A stretch of DNA of 64,000 nucleotides from Bigelowiella natans CCMP2755 (lineage: Eukaryota > Protista > Cercozoa), in contig ADNK01002208.1 in NCBI GenBank assembly GCA_000320545.1, positions 124,001-188,000 on the forward strand. Direction: 5' to 3'. The position numbers and the translations under genes were made by a program. The notes under the pieces are model-generated. The model saw only the letters and a list, made by a program, of their open reading frames with translations, ran no database searches and had not been told where the DNA came from. Positions 53,585 to 64,000 of this stretch are shown piece by piece (positions within the stretch are counted from its first letter, which is position 1; every line of letters begins with the position of its first letter).

Positions 53585-54023
53585 TGTAGAGTCCCCCCCC
53601 GCACTCGTCATCGTCGTCGTCCACTCACGAGTTAATAAAAGCTGGTGGTACGATAAACGAAAGAACACTGAAAGAAGAATGAAGTCCCAATATCCTGCAT
53701 TCATCCGTTAGGAACACTATTCTTCTTCTTTCTCGGATGATGATTATTTTATCAGGAGTCATTGTTTTATCAGGAGTTGCTGAATTGATAAATCCTCACA
53801 AAACTACATGGTTTATTATTTCCAACGACTAGTCCAGGACTATCTGATGAAATTACAAGATCTTGGTTGGAAAGTGGATTTCGGGAAAAATGCAAAATCT
53901 GAGTAATATCAAACTGAGGTATGTAAATTATGAAAAATTAAAGGGGATTCGAACATATTTTTAATTTAACATGATCGAGACTAAATTTAAAAATTTTGTC
54001 ACTTTCAAAATTGAATGAAAACC

Positions 54024-56328
54024 ATGGAAGCTCCACCCCTCGCTTAAGGAGAACCCGTGCTGTGGCTTGATAAATCATTTGAATTTCATTAAGCATTCAG
54101 TTAGAGTATCTCATTTATTGGAATCGAGAAGACAAAGAGGGTCGGAGGAATTGTATTCTTCGACACACACCAATGTCTTTAAGAGTCGCCCCTCTGCTGG
54201 GGTACAAACATTATTAATAAGTTTTCTTTTGAAAATGATCTAACTTTCTTCGTTTAGGGACACGTTTCACTCCCGGCCTCATTTTGACACTACAAACCAA
54301 AGTTACCAAGATTTTAGAGCTATGCACGAAGTGATCCAGAAGCATGTTCGAAATTCTATTCAGCCACCGAATTCAGCGCAACATCAAAAATCGTCGCAAA
54401 AAAACGATCACTCGACACAAAGCCCATTGATCCAATCTCCTCATGATCAACACTTAGTTGTGTCAATTGAAAACAATCATCGCTTTGAGCATGGACGAAA
54501 TACGATTGGTATTTATGCTCCCAATATGGACCAACCTCAGTACGACAATAAGCAGCCACCATCTTCTATGTTTCAAATTCAGTCAAAAGTAAGCTCCCCA
54601 GAAAAATTAATTACGTATATGCTATAAAAATCAAACACGCTATCCCACACACGTCAGGGTTTATTTGGTTTCCAAATGCAAAGCCGTGGTTCTCCTGGTG
54701 GAGAGGTTATTCGCCGCCGCAAGGTCAAACTCTCGGAAATACGTAAAAACCATGTATGCTGAAACAAGTATGTATTCCAGGTAAAAGATACACAAAATCA
54801 AGTCCCTGGAAATGACAAAACGAAGAGTGTCAACGAAAGTCGTTTATCCACAGCACCACATTCCCGTTGTCAACAAGGCCCTACGTCCATTCCAAAGCCT
54901 TCATCTCCCGCCTCACCAAAAGAAACTAACAGAATTCGCAACGTTGAAGTAGAAAAGAACTTTACTCCTAACCGCCAATCTCTGAAAAAGCACTTGGTAG
55001 CTCCTCAAAGGGAAGATCCATGGACATTAATGAAAACAAGTGCACTTTCATCATCATTTCGTCGAACACCAGGAGCCACAGGGTCTACTGCTGTAGTAAC
55101 TAATAATACAACATCCAACAATAGCGTTGGGGGTATCTTCTTGCGTGCAGGACCACTTACTGGACTAGATATTCGCAAGAATATTGGTAAAAACAAAAAA
55201 AGAACAAAACTATGAGCGATAACTACTGTGTACTAATTTACATTCTTTTTAGGAGTGCCGTCACCAGGAGATATATTGACGAAATTCAAGAAAACTCGAC
55301 GTCGGACACCCTTTTCCCCTTGCAACAATCCTGTTGGAAATTCACTTCTAAATATTTCTGCAGTACCATCTGGTGGTTATTTATGATACAAATTGTGATT
55401 ATAATTATTCATGTTTTTGCTAAATCTCATGAATCTGAGATGTTTCCATCATTATCATCAATGTTTAGTTTCTTCTGCAAGGACATCAACTGCTACTATT
55501 AATACGACTTCCACTACTGCAAGAAATACTACTGCTTCATCGTCATTTCCTACTGCTACTGCTGCCCTCCTTGTGGAGAAGAAACCGATGATGCCAGCTG
55601 GAGGGGGAGGAGGAGAGCCGAGGTCTAGGTACCGGCCAAAAACGTTGTCGTCATCAGCTTCCATAAGGGCAGGAAGTGCGAGTGCTGTGGAAAGAGTTGG
55701 AAGGCGCAATCGAGGTAATAGCATTGAGTCGTCGTCGTATTCAAGAGCTGGTACGAGAAGGAATGCTCGAAGTATTCCACGGAATGTTACCGGAAATGGG
55801 AGGAGCAGGAGTATGAGTGCTCAGAGAGGAGGCACCAGGAAAATCAATCTCAATACTGAAACGATGGTACAAAATGATAGCACTTTGAAGTCTGCCAACA
55901 TCTGATATTATATTGCTGTATTTATATCAGCGCTATGCTCAAATCCAGGAATTTCCTTTGTACCGTGAATTCCTTTCACAAAATCGAGCAGCCACAGTAT
56001 CATCAGGTAAAACACATCATTATTATTTTGAACCAGAGCAATTTCATTCACAATTAGCACATCCATCCTCAGATTTTGGTTCGGTGTACCCCCCAAATGT
56101 TCGTCAGCATCATCACTACCATAATCAAAGTCATCATGTTCATCATCATCACAACCCACAAGAAGATGGGGAGAGATTCCATCGTCATCATCACAATCAT
56201 CGTCCTCATCATCATCTGCGGCAGCATCATACTAGGGCTGCACCGCCACCACCACCACCACCCCCAGCAGTTGTTTTGGACTCACAATCTCTAAGAAACG
56301 ATAAAGCAGGCTACTACCACCAGCATAT

Positions 56329-56368
<40 letters not shown>

Positions 56369-58755
56369 TTAGGTCGAAGAGGTTATCATCATCATCATCA
56401 CAGAAGCACTACCGAAGCGACATCTCAACATCAACAACAAATGAGATTTCATCGTCCACACCACAATCATCAACACAACGATCAGAATCAATATCGTATA
56501 TCAGCTCATCATCATCATCATGATTATCATCGTCGCCATGTTTCTCCTCCGCCATCGTCGCAAGTTGTTACAGCTTCAGTTCAATCCAATGTTGTTATAC
56601 CTGGTAAATCATCCGCTCGAGGAATCTTCCAAAGAAATCCTGAATACCATCATAATAATGACGATAATGAGATGATGCCGATGCGTGACCAGCGCCAGAG
56701 AACACGATCGAGAGATTCAACGATGAGTACACTTCCACGAACTAGGACTTGGAGCTCAAGTAGTGTTATTATAAGTAGAGAAGCATGATGATGGGATAAG
56801 GATGATAAACATATATTTGATTTGAGTCGTTACTTAGGTGGTGACGAAGGAGGGGAACATCAGTTTGCACGAAGAAGATATAGCAGTGTCAACAGTGGTG
56901 ATGAATCATCGTTATTCACGGATGAGATTCGAGATATGTTCGACCTGAGCAGCGAGAAGATCGATTACATATTTTCATTTGATGGAAGGAGCTCTAAAGG
57001 CAGCACTCCTCGTTCTAGGGTCTCTACTACTACTACTACCACTACTACCAGTAGCACCAGCTCAAAAGGTTGGTTAAGAATAAAATATATTGTAGCACTA
57101 TCAAGACTGATGTGTCAGCTTATTATTTGTGTTTGACGATAATATACAAACAGGAAGTTGTAGTAGTAGCAGTTGTGGTAGTGCTACCAGCAGCATCACT
57201 AGTGCAAAAATCGAAAGTGTAAAACGTATTGAGGAGCTAAGAGGCAAGGACATTGATCTCTACACCACTGTTGTTAAGGTAAATATACTAGTTGACTGTG
57301 CACCTTTTCTCTTTCCTCCTTTCATGCACTGAGCAACTTACACACAATCCCTCACCTTGTCTAACAACCCTCTCTATTTCAATAAAAATGGTTAGCTTGC
57401 CGAAACGAATGCTTCTAAGAATAAATTCAATGACTTCAAAGCTAATTTGAAGAAAAAAGAAGCTGCAGACACTAATGCCATGAGGAATTATGCCCTTTCT
57501 CAAATTGAGAAGAAAAACTTGCCCAGAAATCTTTATTGGAAGGTGTAGCTACAGTCTATTTGTGCATTAAACTCAACAACATTAAAGTTGTTCTTGATAT
57601 TGAATCATCAGGTATGCATAAGCGTGGGAGAATACTTGAAAAGGTAGTTGTGATCGATCAACGAAGTGATGATGATGATGATCATGATGATGGTGATGAT
57701 TAACGAAGTGATGATGATGATGATGATGATGATGGTGATGATTAACGAAGTGATGATGACGGTGATGGTGACACTTTTGATCACAATTACTGTCAATATT
57801 GTATTCCATTTAGTAGTTGTAGTACACCTAGATTTTGAAAATTCGAAACGTAAAAATTAAACAGAGCTAGTAACGTTGAAGATGCTCGCCGCTGGTACGC
57901 GCTGGTATGCTCCACCAATATACATATAAATATAAGTATATATATATATATATATATATATAAACTTAATACTTTATCCTACCAAGTAGAACAGAGGGTT
58001 CGTAATATGTCGAAACAAAAAGCAAAATAGATTTTAACAAGTGATTCATTATCATGGATATGAAAATGACTTGTTCGTATTCTTAAACAAGGCCAACAAA
58101 ATCGAGCCTCTTGCTGTTCAAGGATGGCTTGAGAGTGCACGATTGGAGGAGGAATGCGGTGATATGGAAGCTTGTAAGAAGATTCTCTCCAAAGGTGGTT
58201 GTTTGAAGACGACCCATCCATCAACCAACTGTTTTGCTTATCATCTTAATTAAGTAGTTCTTCGATGATGATGATGATGATGATGATATCTCCTTCCTAC
58301 ACTGTTGAACAATTCAGGCCTTTCCATTTGCTGGTCATCAGAGCTACTAATGCGACAGTTTTTACGTGCACAAGAGTATTCAGGAGGAGATCTTACTGCA
58401 GGAAGAATGGCCCTTGGTAATAAATATTTATTAGTCAAACATTCAACCACAGCAATATGTTGTTTCTGTGGGATATTATTCAAGTGGGGTGGAAATGTAA
58501 TTATTCTGATGTTTAATCAGGGAGACTAAAGAATGCTAGCATTGAGGTTGCATGGCGCAGTATTCAAGAAGGCGCGTTAATGGAAGCTCGAAAGGGTAGT
58601 TCTACTCCTGTTACCCAAATCATTATCCTAAAATAATGAAATGCTTTGCTTTTTTTTTTAAAAGGAAATGTAAAGGAGGCGAGATTCATCTTCAAATACC
58701 TCATGAAGGTTTTTAAATACTTATTTTTGGATAGCAACCGCCTCGTCTTTTTCCC

Positions 58756-58792
<37 letters not shown>

Positions 58793-60745
58793 CAGCGGGG
58801 AAAGAGAGGAAGAGGGAAATGGAAAATTTTGACTTTAAACAACGATAGCACGTATCTTGGTACGGCCCTATTTACGTTGAAGCAAGCCGGTTTGAAGAGC
58901 AAAGAGATGAGGTCAGTCAGTGAATTTTGGTGATTCTAAAGGTGCTTGAAATTTATGATCCTGGCATATTGCAATTTTAATATATCAGCACCAAAAGGCT
59001 TTGAAAATCGTGGAGGATGGTTTGAAGCGTGTCCCAAGACACGGTCCCCTGTGGTTTGCTGCACTTCGTCTCTATGTGCGCTGCATTCCAGAGCCTCGAA
59101 ATCCCCAGGAGGTAGTACTTACTTTTATTATGAGAAGATCAGCAACGACACATTGCCTTGTGCGCAGCATGAATATGAAACTATGTTGACTCTATGTTTT
59201 TCCTTCTTCTTCTTCTTCTTCTTCTTCTTCTTCTAAGGTGTTAAGAGTAACTGAAAAAACAGTCCAAGCTGCTGTAAAAGACCGAATTATTGAGAAAGAG
59301 AATGCTCAGAGCTTTGTTACACCTCCTGTGGTTGCTCCGGTACTAAGTACTACTCACGACACATGATTTATAGAAGAAGGCGTTTGATGTATTCGATAAT
59401 ACGTTGTAAGCTACTTAAGATGATGATGACGCGGATGGCGAGTTCCATTTTGTAATTTATTATTTTGTATGCTGTTCATCAAGGAACTTCATTGGAAGTT
59501 GCACTTAGCCCAAAGCCAGATCCTTCAAGCTCATCACATGTAAGAATATTTCTACCCATCCTTGAAATACTATATTTTGTGTACCCAATTGTAGTATTGT
59601 ATCTTTCTTCGAGAGTATCCTAAAATTACTACCACTACTGTTGTCTTAGGTACAAGCATGCACGTCGAGCTTGTGTAGCTGCAGCAGATGCGATCACAGC
59701 GACGAATGCAGATGGAAAGCAAAGTACTAGTAGTGAATTACACAACTTAACTCCAAGTCTCTGATAATGATGCGAAACTCTAATCCCCAGGTTTAATTCT
59801 TCTCCTCCCTTTTCCTTCGCATCATTCCTTATCATCAGGCCATCTCCATTTGCGCTGGAAGGTATGGAGAGCAGGTGCTCGCCTCGAAAGTCTTTCGGGA
59901 AGGTACTACTGCTACTATATTTACCACGTATACCACCACCACCACCACCATTACGACGGTGTTGTTTCTCTTGTGCTCACAATAGCTAAAAGGTCGTTAT
60001 CAATATGGTCTTGTATAGGGAGGATGTGGCCAAGAAGCTGTTGAACAAGGCCATGGAACACTGCCCAGATAAAGTCAAGTATAAGGTCCTTACTCATAGT
60101 TCCTTATCATATGCTTCTCCTCTTTCTTCAGGAAGGCATTCTCTTTTTCATCATCCTGAAATCCGACTCATCATCATCATCATCATCATCATCACCCCGT
60201 CGCCGTATACATGATCTTAGGTTCTCTTGGAAGCAGCGCGGCATGAACAGTTTTTCGGCCGACATAGAGCTGCCTCTGCTTTTCTAAGCCGCGTGCAATT
60301 AATTGTAAGTGTTAACCCTTCATCATCATGTTGTTGAGTTTGGTTCTCCTAACACATCATCATATTCATGGTGGGAATAAGAAATAACATTATACTGACG
60401 ACTTCTACTACAACAGGCGTGTCGTGAGTGGAAAGTGCTTTTGGAATCAGCTTTGTTGCAAATCAGGCAGAGAAACTTCTTACAAGCAGCAGAACAAGTA
60501 ATTCTAGCAGTACTTCTTCTCCTTCTTTCTTTTCTTCTTCTTCAACTTCTACATAGCTCGTGTTTGTTGTTGTTGACAGTGAGCGATTATTGATACGATG
60601 AATATCATAATTAAGGTGAAGAAGTCTCTTCTGCATCACCCTGGCACTGGACGTCTCTGGGCGTTGCACATACAGGTAGTAGTAGTAGTAGTAGGAGTAG
60701 TAGTAACAGTGTTAACAACAGGAGTATGTCACATTATCAAATATA

Positions 60746-60779
<34 letters not shown>

Positions 60780-62301
60780 CTTCTTTTTCATGCATCTGTA
60801 TTGAAGAAGGGAGGGGGAGAAGGATTATGATATGAGTCATTGTTGATATGTTTTAGTTGGAACGCGCCGTACGAAGTGATGAAGAGGCATTTCAAGCCAT
60901 CAAACAAGCAGTCTCTCAGGTGGTACTAACAAAATCAGGGGGAGGAGGAGGAGTAAAGCTTCGTTACTTTTCACCTATGAAACGGTTATATAACATACGT
61001 TTATTGATGATATTTGTGTGATAGGTTCCCAAATCAGGAGAAGTGTGGTGTGAGGCGGCAAGAGCCTACTTAAATCCATTGTCAAAGAACTTTTCTCTCA
61101 CATCAGCAAAGGTAGTGGTAATTAGTAGGAGAGGGAATCAATGCTAGTTGCATATGTTGGACGATTAGTGACTTTACCCATCTTTTAAAAGCATTTCCCA
61201 TGATCATCTTCTGACATCTAGGTCACTTGCTCTCCCTCCCTATGTGTATTATTTCTTTTAACAGCGATGTTTAGAGTTCGCAGTACGTTTCACGCCTCAG
61301 TATGGAGACTCTTTTGTGGAGAAGTAATGACTTACCACTAAACATATTATATCGATATAGTAATTAGTACTAAGTGCAATTTCGAATTGTCCTTATTTCT
61401 TTCAATCATCATCATCATCCTATAGGTTGCGACTAGAGAGGTTAATCTCTGGAAATTCTCCACGAAGTTCTGAAGCGCTGTGTCTACCAGTGGTATTATA
61501 TAACGATGATGATGTTTTGATAAGTATAAATAGCATTGATCAGAATACCAGTCAATACGCATTAGTTACGTCGTCTAACCAATAAACAGCTTGTTGCTAC
61601 ATACTACTCTTATTTTGTGGAAATACATATATATATATATATATATATATATTATGAAAAAGGCTGATCTTAAGGATGAAAAGCATTCACAAAGCATCAC
61701 CATGGAAGAAAGATACATTAAGAGAATCAACGAATGCATTAATGCGGATCCAAACTATGGTAGTAATCATAACATATAAGGGGGATGTAACAATATGAGG
61801 CTGAGTTCAACAATCAACCTAAATATTGCATATGCTTGTTATTTAAGGTGCTCTCTGGCTATTGTGCAAGGAAACACCCTATGATACAGTGTCTGAAGTA
61901 ATAGGCAGAGAGAACATAGGCACAGGAAGAGGAAGAAAATAGATGATTTCCTGCAAATTAACCTATAGAATCTGTTGTTTATTGTTTAGCACAATTGTTC
62001 TTATCGTTGTGTTCTTATTCTGCAATCGAAAGGTTATGATCAGAGCTATGGGAAAGGTAGACGAGGAATTGAAGAAACACAGTGCCCTATATCAGGTGCT
62101 AGTACTTGCAGTGAGAAGTAGTAGAAAGTGTTGACAGCATTTCATAAGTTTCCAGTAATCTCCACCAGAAAAATATCAATATCTGTATTATTTTGATGTA
62201 ACATATGTTGTTTGCGTGTCGCTTAGCGCGCCCTGATGAGGAATATGACAAGAGGTGGAGAAGGACGAAATCAATTCAACATCGATGGGTAAGTTCAAAA
62301 A

Positions 62302-62346
<45 letters not shown>

Positions 62347-62706
62347 CTAATGGTAGCCCTATAATCTTAAATGAGCTGATTATAATGATTCCATTGGTGT
62401 TGTTGTTGTGTTGTTGCTTCTTCGTGCAATTAGAACGATTCCTGAGGATCTGGTGCAGAAATGGCGGCAGGACAACATTAACAGCCTTGAAAATATGTAA
62501 TAATAATTGTAGTAGTAATAATGATACCGAAAGTTTAACGACACCACCAGCTTTTCTATATAAAGGCAGATCGAAAAGGACTTATCGTACGTTATTATAC
62601 ATAGTACTGATTCTTCTTCCCACCAACGATTAGGTATCCTTCGCTGCTTTCCTTGGAAAAACAGCAACGTTTCCAGACTGTGTTTGGATCTGATGTCGCA
62701 ATGTGA
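54024..62706 (+). CDS. HAT/TPR-repeat protein (PRP6-like repeats) with a long disordered His/Gln/Ser-rich N-terminus; start uncertain
   Basis: Exons give QGWLESARLEEECG, WYGPIYVEASRFE, VPRHGPLWFAALR, RWKVWRAGARLE, EWKVLLES, HPGTGRLWA, VPKSGEVWCEAAR, FTPQYGDSFVE, CINADPNYG/ALW and terminal VFGSDVAM*. Confidence 0.8.
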
Positions 62707-63299
62707 TAAATATAGTATCTCAATAGGCATTGCACTTTTATAGTAGCTCATTCCGACAGATTTTCCAATAATTCACTGCACCTGTTGATAATCACAATGA
62801 TGCGTTTGTGACGACACGATGTGTAACCAAAAAAAATAATCGATTCGTTCATGCGGCTGGACTAGCTTCTTCTTATTCAAAGAGTAGTACACTAGACATA
62901 GATATTTTGCTCTTACAAAGCCTATACAACAGCACGTTATCAACGTATATCCTACGCTTGAATGAATCGAAAAGAAGGCAAAAATTCATTCTATAAATAA
63001 ACAGCACTGCTCTTCGTTTTAAATAGCAGCATAAGCAATAATGTACTACTGGTCTTTTCATGTAACTGCGTAAGCTGGTAAGTGTGCAATGCTCAGGAAC
63101 AACGCATACAGATCTCTAGATCTTATACAGCACGCACGTCATACATGCGGCACATAGATGTGCACAATATAAAATGCAGTAAACATCTAGACATTTGACA
63201 CCGCAGCATTAATAATACGTCAGACGACACGAATGTTATGTTGCCCGCGTGTAGTAGGACTGCGCATCAGCTAGGTATACAACTTATTATGCTTATAAA

Positions 63300-64000
63300 A
63301 CATGCTAGCATGGTACTATCCTGTCTAGCTAGACAGCTAGCTATCTAGCTATATAGCTTGGATAGCTCGCTCGAATGCTAGCTAGCATGATGCTAGCATG
63401 CTAGTTTTTATTTAATGAGGTGTAACGCGTCTAGCACAGATAGACAGACGACGCATGCTAGCATGCTAGTCTAGTAGTAGTGTAGCTAGCTAGATAGGCA
63501 TTTTCCATTCTTACCTTGCTGCATGCCTCCAAAATTGCTTGCTTTGCTGCAGTCCTGCTAGCCAGCTAGAGCGAGTCGTTCAAATGCTAGATATCGATTG
63601 CCGCACGTTAGCTGGAACGTAGTAGCACATCTAGGCATCTCTAGACCTTCACAGACTCTGCACGCTCGCATGTTCATGCCGCCAGCAGACTGTGTGCTGC
63701 GTACTGGTGTTGGACGGGCTGCAATGCGAAAAGATCACATTCTCAATTGTGCGTCATCTCAATCTGAGCAATGTAGCTGTGCAATGTAATGCCATAGAAT
63801 GCGGCGGCTGCAGCTGGACAGCAGCTGTCCAACTGTGCAATTGTTCCGCCAGTAGTGCCATGCATTGTCATCATTCTAGTGTTGTGCATGCGCGTCGTGA
63901 CGAGCTAGCTAGCGGGAGAATGCTAACGCCGCGTTTGCACCTATGAAACATGTGATGGCTAGCAGATGTTGTTCATTGAAACAAACACTCATTTAGCGCT
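63300..64000. other. Partially TpA-eroded, GCTAGC/CATG-rich intergenic island
   Basis: Dense gctagc, catg and tgca motifs; non-CTAG TAs become scarce after ~63520. Confidence 0.65.

Noticed and set aside
57400-62706. Calling the HAT protein PRPF6
   Set aside because: No PRP6 N-terminal domain was seen; the similarity is at the repeat level only.

Overview
An intron-rich, microsatellite-rich eukaryotic nuclear region. It is probably from a chlorarachniophyte-like protist, inferred only from a signal-peptide plus S/R-rich bipartite leader on the GPx gene. About 13 spliced genes were reconstructed by hand: a carboxylesterase/cholinesterase-like hydrolase fused to a Kelch propeller, a RING gene apparently continuous with two zf-4CXXC_R1 fingers, a SAM-domain protein, WDR6/Trm734, a GPX1-type selenoprotein (in-frame UGA plus SECIS), a small membrane protein, a GAF protein, an ankyrin gene built from ~179-bp exon+intron cassettes, a CCDC57-like protein, a RING-SPRY-LSD1 finger-CaaX protein, UNC50, a HAT/TPR protein and one hypothetical gene. 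There is also a MITE. The strongest signal is not a gene. Intergenic DNA downstream of gene 3' ends has lost the TpA dinucleotide: I count one TA in ~2.4 kb at 40197-42611, while CpG stays abundant. In partially affected islands the surviving TAs are mostly CTAG, and the neighbouring ankyrin repeats show directional TA->CA/TG changes. This suggests a region-targeted, RIP-like T:A->C:G hypermutation process acting at TpA. All counts and splice models are manual and need computational confirmation.
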